A stretch of 64,000 nucleotides of DNA, from sequence record DRR378314_434, one strand, 5' to 3'. Within the stretch, counting starts at the first letter, position 1, and each line of letters begins with the position of its first letter. This document shows positions 40,955-50,718 of this stretch, piece by piece. Position numbers and translations under genes: made by a program. The notes beneath the pieces were generated by a model. The model did no database searches. It saw nothing but the letters and a program-made list of their open reading frames with translations, and had not been told where the DNA came from.

Positions 40955-42493
40955 ATGAAAGCACGATTCAGAGACAGTATGACCTGGCTCCATACGTGGG
41001 CTGGATTAGTTGTAGGCTGGATACTGTTTGCGGTTTTTTTGACCGGAACATTAGCCTATTTTCAGTTCGAGATTACACAATGGATGCTGCCCGATGTAAA
41101 GCAACACGCAACTCCCGAAAAGGCGGTTGCACAAGCACAAGACTACCTTGAAAAACAGGCCCCTGACTCACCGGGCTGGTCTATTACCTTGCCCGATGAG
41201 CGCTCTCCCATTACCACTATTTTTTGGCGTGACCCGAATGCCAGTAATGGTCGTGGTTTTGAATTCGCCGTTCTTGATGGTGATGGTAAAAGAATTGAGC
41301 AACGTGAAACCCGCGGCGGCAACTTCCTTTATCGCTTTCACTTCGACCTGCATTATATGCCGGTATTTATTGCCCGTTGGCTGGTCGGCATATGCGCCAT
41401 GCTTATGTTGATAGCCATAGTTACCGGCGTGGTCATACATAAAAAAATATTCAAAGACTTTTTCACCTTTCAGCCCGGTAAAGGGCCACGCAGCTGGCTC
41501 GACGGACATACTATTACGTCGGTATTAGCCCTACCTTTCCATTTTATGATCACCTACACCGGCTTAGTCACATTAATGCTGATGTATATGTCCTCGGCCG
41601 TGTCGTTAAGCTATGGCGACAGAGGTGAGTTTTTTAACGACCTACAGTCTCAGCCTCCTAAGCTACAGGCAAGTGGTGAAAGCGCAGATTTAGCTGACTT
41701 GCAGGAGCTTTACTTTAAAGCCCGGGAAGACATAAAAGGCAACCCCATTCGTTTAGCTCAAATTAGTCATCCCGGAGATACGAATGCCACCGCCACTTTT
41801 TACGAAGCGCCTACCCAATCGCTTATGTCAGACTATACGACGCTGACTTATTCAGCTGTTAGCGGTGAGCAGTTGCATGTCCAGCCCGTAGAAAATAGCG
41901 CAGAACTGACACGACGCACCATGATAGGGCTGCACGCCGGTCGCTTTGCCGATACTCAGCTGCGTTGGCTGTACTTCTTTTCAGGAATTCTGGGTACCTT
42001 GATGATAGCCACCGGCTTGGTTTTATGGTTTGAAAAACGCAGAAAAAAACTGCAAGCCAGTGGTAACCTTTCATTCGGTCATTACCTAGTAAGCGGGTTA
42101 AACGCAGGTTTTATTATGGGTCTTCCTCTTGCCGTTGCCACTTACTTTCTGAGTAATCGGTTACTGCCAGTAGCGGCCGATAACCGGGCAGAACTTGAAA
42201 TTGCCTGGTTCTTCTTTGGCTGGTTGTTAATGGTCTGCTATCCGCTGCTTCGCGGCGCCAAAAAAACCTGGAGAGACGGCGCACTGCTTAATGCCATTGC
42301 CTACCTGAGCTTGCCTATTGTCAGCTTTATTACTGTCGACCGCCACCTTCTGAATTATCAGTACCCGCGCGACTGGCCTTTATTTGGCATGGATATCAGC
42401 TTCATTCTAACCGCAATTACATTTCTGGGGCTTACCTGGTATCTGTTTCGCAAATGGAATTCAAAGGAGACGCAAAATGATGTTGAAAGATAA
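40955..42493 (+). CDS. PepSY-associated TM helix iron-regulated membrane protein
   Basis: WLHTWAGL, YRFHFDLH, WLDGH, GLHAGRF heme-His pattern. Confidence 0.88.
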   Translation: MKARFRDSMTWLHTWAGLVVGWILFAVFLTGTLAYFQFEITQWMLPDVKQHATPEKAVAQAQDYLEKQAPDSPGWSITLPDERSPITTIFWRDPNASNGRGFEFAVLDGDGKRIEQRETRGGNFLYRFHFDLHYMPVFIARWLVGICAMLMLIAIVTGVVIHKKIFKDFFTFQPGKGPRSWLDGHTITSVLALPFHFMITYTGLVTLMLMYMSSAVSLSYGDRGEFFNDLQSQPPKLQASGESADLADLQELYFKAREDIKGNPIRLAQISHPGDTNATATFYEAPTQSLMSDYTTLTYSAVSGEQLHVQPVENSAELTRRTMIGLHAGRFADTQLRWLYFFSGILGTLMIATGLVLWFEKRRKKLQASGNLSFGHYLVSGLNAGFIMGLPLAVATYFLSNRLLPVAADNRAELEIAWFFFGWLLMVCYPLLRGAKKTWRDGALLNAIAYLSLPIVSFITVDRHLLNYQYPRDWPLFGMDISFILTAITFLGLTWYLFRKWNSKETQNDVER

Positions 42494-42821
42494 AATAGCA
42501 AATGCGCCATCCAAACTGACTGTCAGTTATCGAATTCTGCTAGCGACAGTCGGTGGGTTCATTTTCACATTGATTGTTACAGTCTTCACGCCTGAACTGT
42601 TTTTATGGGCTTTTGGCTGGAATAAAGCCACAAGCCTAATGTGGATGATGTTACTGAGCTTTGGCGTCTACTGCGGTCTGGTTATGTGGATTATCGCCAC
42701 TCGCAAATTACTGAAAACGAGTCTCATACTGCTGTTATGCGGAGTTGCCCTGTCTTTTAGTTTTATCCAGCTGCAGTCTCATAACGCAGGTCAACCAGCG
42801 GAAACTGAGGTAACATCATGA
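42477..42821 (+). CDS. Small membrane protein (DUF3649-like)
   Basis: RILLATVGGF, three TMs, typical PepSY-TM operon partner. Confidence 0.65.
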   Translation: MMLKDKIANAPSKLTVSYRILLATVGGFIFTLIVTVFTPELFLWAFGWNKATSLMWMMLLSFGVYCGLVMWIIATRKLLKTSLILLLCGVALSFSFIQLQSHNAGQPAETEVTS

Positions 42822-43102
42822 TATCAGCGGTCATTTGGTTGCTTAGCTTAGCGGGCTTTTGGTTGTTGTGTATTGTCACAGCCCGACACCGAAAACTATT
42901 TCATTTGAAACCATTAAGCCAGCGTGCCGAGCGGATCTATAAAATTGCAGGCTTTATATTGCTCGGTATTGCTCTCGCCTGCACAAGTTTAATGCCGAAC
43001 CCTGTAGACGGAATACTGGTCTGGTTTGGCGTTCTGACTTTCGCTTCACTGCTTATTTCTGCACTAATAGCCCTGCGCCAACAGCGTAAACGCAAGGCAT
43101 AA
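42818..43102 (+). CDS. DUF3325-like membrane protein
   Basis: LAGFWLLC..RH...GILVWFGVLT pattern; ATGA overlap. Confidence 0.7.
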   Translation: MISAVIWLLSLAGFWLLCIVTARHRKLFHLKPLSQRAERIYKIAGFILLGIALACTSLMPNPVDGILVWFGVLTFASLLISALIALRQQRKRKA

Positions 43103-43132
43103 AAAAACCGGTGCTTTTGAAGGCACCGGCTT
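43101..43132 (-). terminator. Intrinsic terminator (probably bidirectional)
   Basis: A7-CCGGTGC-N8-GCACCGG; U-tract on minus. Confidence 0.85.
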
Positions 43133-43151
43133 AGTCGCTCTTTCTGATCAT

Positions 43152-45323
43152 TTAGAACTTGTAGTTAAAGCTCAAAGTGTAATCGCGTGGTGTGCCATAA
43201 CGGTAGCCATAGGCGAACCCAGCCTGACTGTAATATTTCTCATCAAATAAGTTCGCTACGTTAAGTTGTAAGGTCATGTTATCTGAGAGTTCATAACGCG
43301 CCATTAAGTTAACCAACGAGTAGCCTTTCTGGATAAATTTCTCTAATTCGCCAGTTCCAGGGTTGGTTCCCATGGAATAAACCTCGTCCCGCCAGTTTAC
43401 GCCACCACCAATAGTAAGTTCAGGCAAATGTTCAACAAACTGATAAGTAGTAAACAACTTAAACTGCTTATCAGGGGTGTCGGTATTCACCGGGTTTCCC
43501 GAAGCATCTTCAGCGTCAAATTGAGAGTACCCTAACGAGATATTCCAGCCATCAACAGGTTGCCCTACAATCTCGGCTTCAAAGCCTGTGCTTTCTGTGC
43601 CTTGTGCTGCAACATAAGCAGTTTGTAGTTCAGGCGTCGGTTCATGGTTTGGATCCAGTACTGCCAGATTATCTTGTTCTATTTTAAAAACGGCAATAGA
43701 GGTATGCAGTCGGTCATTTAAGAACGTGCTTTTAAGTCCAATTTCACTGCTTTGTCCCTCTAAAGGGTCAAGAAACGCGCCAGTAGTATCTTTTGCGTCC
43801 TGCGGCTTAAAAATCTCTGTATAACTGGCGTATATCCGATGATGATCCGTTAAGTCGTAAAGCAAACCTGCGTATGGGACGAAAACGCCTGAATCTCCAT
43901 AATCAGTTACTGTACCGTAACTGATACCAGCACGATCCCAACTGGATACCCGACCACCAACCACAAACTTCAAACTGTCACTGAGCGATAATCGAGTAGC
44001 CGCGTAGAAGCCCTTTTGATCAGTTTTCATATCTTCTCCGGGGCTTGGTTCGCTCTCCCACTCCGGCTCTTGCAAATTAGTCCATTCGTAAAAATTATCG
44101 ACGTCTACTCGATCATATCCACCACTCATATCACCGCCAATTGGCGTAAAAGTATTGGCAAAAGCTTCCTGGTCGCTGTACAAGGCACCGATAACCACAT
44201 CGTGCAGTTGACCAAAACCGGAGAACTGTCCTTTTAGCTGCATATCAAAACTACTCTGGCTGTTTTCACCATCGCTATGATAACGCTGGGCGTTTAAACC
44301 CGCTCCGGTCTCTTTATCCAACGTGCCGTAAACGTAGAGTAACTTTGAAGTTTTATCGGCATCCATACGATTGTAGTTAGCGATAAGCTCCCAGCCATTA
44401 CTAAACGCATGGTTCAGGTTAACGAAATAGTTGGTGTTCGTCGTTTCCCAGCGAGTCCAGTCTGCACCAGTCGTTTTGGAAACATCCCAATCGGTTTGAG
44501 TACCATCGGAGAAAAACGCCGGCAGTAGTCCCCAGGTAGCCCCTTTCGGGTTATTGTGCTGATAACTGCCACCAACTCGCAATAAAGTTTCAGGTGTTAA
44601 ATCAGCTTCCATCACGCCGTAGAAAATTTCCTTATTTTCTTCTAAATAATCCACGTGTGAGTCGCTGTCATGTACTTTTATCACGGCCCGGCCGCGGATG
44701 TTGCCACTGTCGGTCAGAGCACTGCCAACATCGGCTGTTACCTGCCTGCTGTTCCAACGACCCACTGATGCATTGACGTAGCCTTCAAGTTCTTTACTGT
44801 CAGCATGTTTACGAACCAAGTTAATTGAGGCTGATGGATCACCAACTCCCGTCAGAAGTCCGGTCGCGCCGCGCACAAATTCAATACGTTCGTAAATAGC
44901 GACATCGGCTACTGTTTCGCCAGCATCTCCAGCGAGACTCCATGACGTAGGAACACCATCAATTTGGTAATTATCAATCTCAAAACCACGGGCATAAAAA
45001 GTATTACGCACATTGTCCATTTCTGACGCCGAAACACCGACCGCGTTATTTACCGCTTCAAGTACCGTGTCGATATTCTGATCAAACATTCTTTCGTCGG
45101 TAAGAATACTGACCGACTGAGGCGTCTCACGCAGTGTTAAGCCGAGCCCGGTAGCGGAATCAAGAGTCTGACTGACGGTATATTTTCCCGTCACTTCTAT
45201 TCTCTCAAGCTTTTCATCATTGGTTGGCTTTTCTTTTTCCGCGCTTTGCGGTGCGGCAAATGTTGCAACTGGATTCAAGGCTATTGCGATAGCCGCTGCC
45301 AGCGGAAGGACACGCACGTTCAT
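43152..45323 (-). CDS. TonB-dependent ferric-siderophore receptor (FhuE/FptA-like)
   Basis: LRETPQSVS, RGATGLLTGVGDPSASINLVRK, NLFDEKYY, terminal F. ATG at 45323 after GGAG. Confidence 0.9.
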   Translation of the reverse strand: MNVRVLPLAAAIAIALNPVATFAAPQSAEKEKPTNDEKLERIEVTGKYTVSQTLDSATGLGLTLRETPQSVSILTDERMFDQNIDTVLEAVNNAVGVSASEMDNVRNTFYARGFEIDNYQIDGVPTSWSLAGDAGETVADVAIYERIEFVRGATGLLTGVGDPSASINLVRKHADSKELEGYVNASVGRWNSRQVTADVGSALTDSGNIRGRAVIKVHDSDSHVDYLEENKEIFYGVMEADLTPETLLRVGGSYQHNNPKGATWGLLPAFFSDGTQTDWDVSKTTGADWTRWETTNTNYFVNLNHAFSNGWELIANYNRMDADKTSKLLYVYGTLDKETGAGLNAQRYHSDGENSQSSFDMQLKGQFSGFGQLHDVVIGALYSDQEAFANTFTPIGGDMSGGYDRVDVDNFYEWTNLQEPEWESEPSPGEDMKTDQKGFYAATRLSLSDSLKFVVGGRVSSWDRAGISYGTVTDYGDSGVFVPYAGLLYDLTDHHRIYASYTEIFKPQDAKDTTGAFLDPLEGQSSEIGLKSTFLNDRLHTSIAVFKIEQDNLAVLDPNHEPTPELQTAYVAAQGTESTGFEAEIVGQPVDGWNISLGYSQFDAEDASGNPVNTDTPDKQFKLFTTYQFVEHLPELTIGGGVNWRDEVYSMGTNPGTGELEKFIQKGYSLVNLMARYELSDNMTLQLNVANLFDEKYYSQAGFAYGYRYGTPRDYTLSFNYKF

Positions 45324-45367
45324 ACCTTTTTTACTCCCTTGGTTAATATTGGAATCAAAATAACACA

Positions 45368-45386
45368 ATTACGAATCGTTATCATT
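45368..45386 (-). promoter_or_regulatory. Fur box
   Basis: Minus strand AATGATAACGATTCGTAAT, 13/19 match, overlapping a TACGAAT...ATTCGTA palindrome, upstream of the siderophore receptor. Confidence 0.65.
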
Positions 45387-45404
45387 GATATTCGTATCTA
45401 ATAA

Positions 45405-45554
45405 CCAACTACTTGCCGCAACATTGTTATTAAGGTAATGGTTGGTGGTAATGCCGAAAAGCTTGAAGAGGATGACTACGGAGATATATTTCAGGTGGTG
45501 GTAAACGATGACAGCATCGTGACAAACCGGCTTTATGTAGCGGCCGTACAATGA
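45405..45554 (+). pseudogene. Probable 3' remnant of a histidine-phosphatase (PGM-like) gene
   Basis: Plus frame MVGGNAEKLEEDDYGDIFQVVVNDDSIVTNRLYVAAVQ* resembles, from recall, the C-termini of short gammaproteobacterial histidine phosphatases. No catalytic N-terminus; in-frame stop at 45402. Confidence 0.4.
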
Positions 45555-45589
45555 AACTCGTACGACCGGTCATGCCGTTGATGAAGTGT

Positions 45590-46600
45590 TTATTCCCAGT
45601 TAGCTCTAAACCAGGACATCATTTCGCTTCTTATTTCCTTTTGTTTAGGGGAAGAGCGATGTTTTAGTCCTTCATATATTGAAAGTTTATGCGTGAAGCC
45701 TTCTTTCTCAAGCACTTTATCCAAAGCAATACTGGACTCCACTGAAACACGTTCGTCTTTGTCGCCATGTATCAACAAAATTGGAATGTCGTTATCAATT
45801 TCGTCCATCCAGAAAACAGCAGAGCGTTTTCTTAGCTCTTCATCTTTATTCTTCTCATAATTAGGAATGCGAGCTTTATACACTCGCTCCATTTCTGGGC
45901 GATGCTTCAATCCCTCGAAGAAATCATAGTCTCCGGCATAAAGAACAATAGAATCAACGTCTAAGCCCTGCTTCACGGCTAAGAGTGACTGCATGCCACC
46001 GCGACTGGCACCATATAGACCCACATTTTCGGGATTAACATTAGGAAAATGCTCAAACAACTGTGGTAAAGCAACGACGTCATTCACGTCGGCGCCGCCA
46101 AATTCATCTTTACCGGGCAGTTTGGGAAGGGATCCCCGATAACTTGAGGCCAAAATAGCCACATTATTCTCTGTCGCTAAACTAAAAAGCTGGCCGTATG
46201 CGCGGAAAAACGTCCAGGCCCCATAACTCGCATTTCCACCGCGGTTATAGATAATCACAGGGAGGTCTGATTTGCCTTTAGGAGCAACATAGTATGCGCG
46301 AACTACAGCATCGTCGACCTTATACATAACGTTTTTGCAATCTAGGCTTTGCTGATAACTTTCAAAGTCTTCTTTTTTATAAGCGCTTTTCAGCTTACCC
46401 ATAAACTTTTCAACGTTAGGGTTGCCACTATTCATGTTGGCGATCTTTTCCATCCAACTATCATAGCTGGCAAATTCTCCACTGAAGCAGTCACTTGTAC
46501 CCATTAATTTAACATTGGGTTCAGCCTTAACTGGTGCCACGGCAAAACTAACAGCGGCTAACAGACTAAAAACCAGAGACTTCTTTATTATTCCTGTCAT
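45590..46600 (-). CDS. Exported S9 (prolyl oligopeptidase-like) alpha/beta hydrolase
   Basis: Signal peptide; YNRGGN, GASRGG nucleophile elbow, HGDKDERV, His. Confidence 0.85.
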   Translation of the reverse strand: MTGIIKKSLVFSLLAAVSFAVAPVKAEPNVKLMGTSDCFSGEFASYDSWMEKIANMNSGNPNVEKFMGKLKSAYKKEDFESYQQSLDCKNVMYKVDDAVVRAYYVAPKGKSDLPVIIYNRGGNASYGAWTFFRAYGQLFSLATENNVAILASSYRGSLPKLPGKDEFGGADVNDVVALPQLFEHFPNVNPENVGLYGASRGGMQSLLAVKQGLDVDSIVLYAGDYDFFEGLKHRPEMERVYKARIPNYEKNKDEELRKRSAVFWMDEIDNDIPILLIHGDKDERVSVESSIALDKVLEKEGFTHKLSIYEGLKHRSSPKQKEIRSEMMSWFRANWE

Positions 46601-46689
46601 TTTTCTGTCCTTGAGTTTAGTGTTATTTTTAATCAAACAATTAACAACTTACTATATAAAACAAAAATAACAACTCCAGCGACAAAAAT

Positions 46690-47223
46690 TTAGGGCAGTG
46701 GTTGATACCCTTTCCAGTCCGGTACCAAAGGCTGTTGTTCACCGTCAAATTCAAGCGTCACATAGTGGTTATCCACCAAATCGACACACAAGCAGTCATC
46801 CACCGCCAGTAAGTCGTCTTTATGAATTTGCTCAGCGTCCGCTAAGCCGGCTTTGGAAACTTGTGCACGAGCCAGTTGCTTTGCGGATTGTGGCGAGTCT
46901 GCGACCACCACAGTAAAGTCATGATACTCGGCCAGCTTATTCGGAAAATAGCCACCAAAATTAACGAAGTACAAGCGTTTTTCCGCAGGTTTCTCAGGCG
47001 CTTTAGAGGAAAGCTGAATGCGGTAGCCATCCACATGGTGCAAATGGACAAAGCTGTCCAGGTGCAGTCCTTTTTGCGTGCCGAACCAGCCTTTTCGAAT
47101 AGCTGGATAAGTCTCTTCCATGCTCTGCCCTACTACAAAGCGAATGTCGTGCAACTCAATGTTGGCTACAGGCGCCGTACCGCCCACATAAACTAAAAAG
47201 AGTTTGTTATCGGTTTCGTTCAT
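46690..47223 (-). CDS. DUF1543 family protein
   Basis: NIELHDIRFVVG, GLHLDS, LYFVNFGGY, EYH, HKDD. Confidence 0.85.
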   Translation of the reverse strand: MNETDNKLFLVYVGGTAPVANIELHDIRFVVGQSMEETYPAIRKGWFGTQKGLHLDSFVHLHHVDGYRIQLSSKAPEKPAEKRLYFVNFGGYFPNKLAEYHDFTVVVADSPQSAKQLARAQVSKAGLADAEQIHKDDLLAVDDCLCVDLVDNHYVTLEFDGEQQPLVPDWKGYQPLP

Positions 47224-47232
47224 TGTCTTCCC

Positions 47233-47448
47233 TTACTCATTGCCAATAAAACAGAATCGGGGCACGTTATTGCCGTCTATGTTGACCTCTTCCACGAACA
47301 TTTCAAAGGGGCGAACCCACAGCTTTTGTTCACCGTAAAGAGGTTGATAAAGCACCATCCACTCTTCGGTTTCGCTATGGCGAGCGACATCAATAACGCG
47401 GTAACGTCCGCCTTTGTAGTGTTCGTAAATACCCGGCTTTATGGTCAT
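47233..47448 (-). CDS. DUF1653 family protein
   Basis: GIYEHYKGGRY...ARHSET...LWVRPFEMF...PRF. Confidence 0.9.
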   Translation of the reverse strand: MTIKPGIYEHYKGGRYRVIDVARHSETEEWMVLYQPLYGEQKLWVRPFEMFVEEVNIDGNNVPRFCFIGNE

Positions 47449-47561
47449 GTTGGTTTATTCCAATGCTTATGGTTACTAAAATACTTTGAAAGCATGTTAC
47501 CAAAAGTTGTCGTTTAGCGGATAATCTCCTTTGTAATGGAAAATTAACCGGTATTTAATTC

Positions 47562-48470
47562 ATGCGCAGCTTTAATCTATTTCTCGTTTTTACATTTTTG
47601 ACCAGCGGCTATTCAGTGGCTGCATCAGAATTGACGTTTGAAACACAGGCACTGCAACGTCAGTCACCAGCTGACTCTCAAATCACCTATCACCTTGGTT
47701 CAAGAGCAAAGCCAGCAAATAATCTACTGCTTATATTGCAAGGTTCTGACTGCCGGAGCGCATTAACAAACCATTCTATTAAAGAAGTTTTACCCAAAGT
47801 GCAGCCCGACGCCGATGTTCTGCTCATTGAGAAATGGGGACTGACACCAGAAACCAACGAATGCCCGCAAACCTACATCGACAAAGACTCACCATCGCAG
47901 CGAGTAAATGATGCCAGGCAGGTACTGGAACACCTTAACGAAACTAAAAGTTATCAGTCAGTTTACGTTCTAGGTGGCAGTGAAGGAGCCGTTATTGCCG
48001 TCATGCTCCGCGAAGCGTTCCCCAGCATTACCTCCACTATAGCATTTAATGGTGGCGGCAATTCGTTTCAGGACGATATTGAGCACAATATAAAAGCATC
48101 GACACCCACAGAGGTTACAGCATCGGTACTTTCCGAGTTTCGCGAGTTTGCAGAGCAAATAAAAACATCAAATGAGCCTTTTTCTGTTAACTCAAGCCAG
48201 CATGGCTACAAGTGGTGGAAGGAAATGCTTACCCTTGAGCAAACCAAAATCGTAGAACGCGGAAAAACACCTCTGCTCATTGTTCAATCGGGACAGGACG
48301 ATTCAGTAGACCCAGAGAAAACCCAGGTGATGATAGAAAATCTGAGTAACTCGGAGAATGTAAAATATCAGTACTTTGAAGAACTTGACCACGGCCTACG
48401 AAAAGAAAATGGCAACAGTATTGATGACTCCGCACTGGCTGTCATGCGAGGATGGTTTCAGAAACACTGA
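47562..48470 (+). CDS. Exported alpha/beta hydrolase
   Basis: Signal peptide; LQGSDC, GGSEG, D and DH catalytic residues. Confidence 0.8.
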   Translation: MRSFNLFLVFTFLTSGYSVAASELTFETQALQRQSPADSQITYHLGSRAKPANNLLLILQGSDCRSALTNHSIKEVLPKVQPDADVLLIEKWGLTPETNECPQTYIDKDSPSQRVNDARQVLEHLNETKSYQSVYVLGGSEGAVIAVMLREAFPSITSTIAFNGGGNSFQDDIEHNIKASTPTEVTASVLSEFREFAEQIKTSNEPFSVNSSQHGYKWWKEMLTLEQTKIVERGKTPLLIVQSGQDDSVDPEKTQVMIENLSNSENVKYQYFEELDHGLRKENGNSIDDSALAVMRGWFQKH

Positions 48471-48490
48471 GAATGCTATGAGTTGCAGAT

Positions 48491-48706
48491 ATGAAAACAG
48501 ATAATAAAATACTTTCGATCATATACTTGGCGCTGGTTTTTATTGGCGCCTATCTTGTTGGTGGTACCATCGCCAGATCGTTTAAATCGGGTGAGATTAC
48601 TCTACACAGTCTCGAGTTTAAGGATCTTATCATAGCACTCGTTTTTTCAGCGCTTTACCACTGGTGGAAAGCGCGTAAAGAGAAGGCGAAAAATGAGCAA
48701 CTTTAA
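48491..48706 (+). CDS. Small two-TM hypothetical protein
   Basis: Two hydrophobic segments; fills the gap between neighbouring genes. Confidence 0.55.
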   Translation: MKTDNKILSIIYLALVFIGAYLVGGTIARSFKSGEITLHSLEFKDLIIALVFSALYHWWKARKEKAKNEQL

Positions 48707-48712
48707 TTCTGC

Positions 48713-49561
48713 CTAACGTCGGTCAAAATAAGACTGCTCATTTAGCGTTTTATAAACACCTTCTATATTCTGCGACAGCCACTCGTTGTACATTTTTAAA
48801 TCGGAAAATTCATCAAGCTTTATGTCCTGCTGCAAGGTTTCCAAATTTTTTCCTGCCAACATACCGTCGCGAACCTCGGCATATAACGCTTCCAAATAAC
48901 TCAAATAGCGCTCGACATCTTTACGCGTTCCCATATCCGCATGAGCACCAACAAACACATCAAATGGCTTTTCCTCTAACACGGCTTTGGTCGAGCGTAT
49001 CATTCCGTGAATGTCATAGCCCGGAAGCGTTTGGTAAGGCATGCGACCCAGCACAATCCAGTCAGCCACAAACAGGACATTCTCAGGCATAAAGCGCATG
49101 CTGATAGAACCACGCCCATTGTTTGGCCCGTAATATTTCATTTGAACCGACTGTTCGCCAAGCTTAATAGTCAGCTCATCGTTAAACGTCGTTGTCGGCA
49201 GCGCAGTTGGTGTTTTAGTCCAGCGCAAATCCTCATCTGCGTATTCATGCGCAATAACCTCAACACCTTCCGAAGAAAATACCTCACCACCTAACGTATG
49301 GTCGACATGATTATGGCTATAAGCCAGGTAACGTACTGGTTGATCAAAGCGTTCTGATAACTCCTTTTTAAGGTATTGAGCCGCGTCTTTGTTAATTGGG
49401 TCAGTAACAAAAATGCCCTTCTCCGTTACCATAAACACCGAATGATAATGACCCGCCGAAAACCGGTAAACATTGCCCTTAACCTTTTCAATAGCGTAGT
49501 CAGCTGCCATTACCGTCGTGCAAGCACCGAGCCATAAAGCCAGAGTCAGAAATAATCTCAT
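48713..49561 (-). CDS. Exported MBL-fold metallo-hydrolase
   Basis: Signal peptide; YSHNHVDH motif; GAH. Confidence 0.85.
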   Translation of the reverse strand: MRLFLTLALWLGACTTVMAADYAIEKVKGNVYRFSAGHYHSVFMVTEKGIFVTDPINKDAAQYLKKELSERFDQPVRYLAYSHNHVDHTLGGEVFSSEGVEVIAHEYADEDLRWTKTPTALPTTTFNDELTIKLGEQSVQMKYYGPNNGRGSISMRFMPENVLFVADWIVLGRMPYQTLPGYDIHGMIRSTKAVLEEKPFDVFVGAHADMGTRKDVERYLSYLEALYAEVRDGMLAGKNLETLQQDIKLDEFSDLKMYNEWLSQNIEGVYKTLNEQSYFDRR

Positions 49562-49799
49562 TACTTATTGCTCCTCAAGCGAGTTGACCTTTGCAGTATA
49601 AAAACGCTTAGCAAACCTAATGAATAGGCCTTTACGTTAGCTGCTAATTCTGCATTGTTCCAGAAACAAAAATCGTATCTTTCTCAAACTAACCGAATAG
49701 TGGCCGGCAGTTTTGATGCTCACTTACCTCCGCAATATTGCTTACCTTTATTATTGTGTTGTGTATTTAACTCGTTTAAGGTCAATTACATAATAAAAA

Positions 49800-49972
49800 C
49801 GAAAAGTTAGATATTGTGCACTCGTCAGAATGGAAATCAGCATGCTCAAATTGGTTTGCCTGTTTTTGGTTGGCTTTTTGAAAAATAAATTGAGTTATTA
49901 AAGAGTTGTGAAGAAAAAAGCATGAATCTAATGAATGACAAAGTGAGCGTGCACAGTATGCAAATGTTATAC
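49800..49972 (+). mobile_element. attI-like integron recombination region ending in core site GTTATAC
   Basis: GTTATAC (49966-49972) is the exact complement of the first cassette's inverse core GTATAAC. The upstream sequence is not an attC palindrome and carries a degenerate direct repeat (49815-49837 vs 49944-49965). Confidence 0.5.
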
Positions 49973-49987
49973 GACACAGGAGGTCTA

Positions 49988-50641
49988 ATGCCAAAAGGCG
50001 ATTGGTACGATAACTTTGCCCCGCTTTACGATGCAGGAACAATCAGCGATTTCTTTTATCGCCAACCGCGCAAGACCGCCGTCGGAGAGCTTCAGCTATC
50101 GCGCTCCGATCGGGTCATGGACGTGTTTTGTGGGACTGGTGTCGACTTCAAATTGCTTCAAGAAAAAATCGGCACTGCGGGACATATAACTGCCGTCGAT
50201 GGATCAAAGGGGATGCTAAATCAGGCTACGAAGCGTAGTCGAAAAATCGGACTCGGTGAAAGCAGCATTCAATTTCTGCAAGCTGATCTTTCTTCGTCAG
50301 AGGGCATCAAGAAAATTTGTGCTTCAATAAAAAAGAATAGACCAAAATCAATTATGTTCTCTCTTGGCCTCACTTGTCTTCCCAATTGGCATGAATTTAC
50401 TTCTAGAGTGTTCGATGCAGCAGTCCCAGGAACGAGACTGGCGATTATGGATGTTTACAGTGAAAAATTATCTTTCGGTGCACGCTTCATAAACTGGATT
50501 GGCGCAGCCGACTGTCGGCGTCCGGTATGGCAAGCATTACAAGAAAAAAGTCAGTCTTTCACTTGGCAAGAATTCCGTCCATTCAAGGTCTTGGATGTTT
50601 CTGTAATAGTTGCAAGTGGCACTAAGCCCGATGTCGTATAA
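49988..50641 (+). CDS. Class I SAM-dependent methyltransferase (integron cassette 1)
   Basis: AGGAGG RBS then ATG at 49988; DVFCGTG, VDGSKGML; stop codon lies inside GTATAAC. Confidence 0.85.
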   Translation: MPKGDWYDNFAPLYDAGTISDFFYRQPRKTAVGELQLSRSDRVMDVFCGTGVDFKLLQEKIGTAGHITAVDGSKGMLNQATKRSRKIGLGESSIQFLQADLSSSEGIKKICASIKKNRPKSIMFSLGLTCLPNWHEFTSRVFDAAVPGTRLAIMDVYSEKLSFGARFINWIGAADCRRPVWQALQEKSQSFTWQEFRPFKVLDVSVIVASGTKPDVV

Positions 50642-50699
50642 CAAGTTGTTGCAGTCTGTTCCGGGCCTGACGGCCCTCCACCGGACAAAAGCGTTATAA
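50636..50699 (+). mobile_element. Truncated attC site
   Basis: GTATAAC-AAGTT-GTTGCAGT, internal TCCGG/GGGCC-TGAC-GGCCC/CCGGA hairpin, then AAAGC-GTTATAA. The right inner box (L') is missing. Confidence 0.7.
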
Positions 50700-50718
50700 A
50701 CAGCCGGAATCGTAAGCT

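Noticed and set aside
49782-50042. Minus-strand 86-aa ORF, and the 49922 start for the methyltransferase
   Set aside because: They overlap the attI-like region; the AGGAGG RBS and cassette boundary support ATG 49988.
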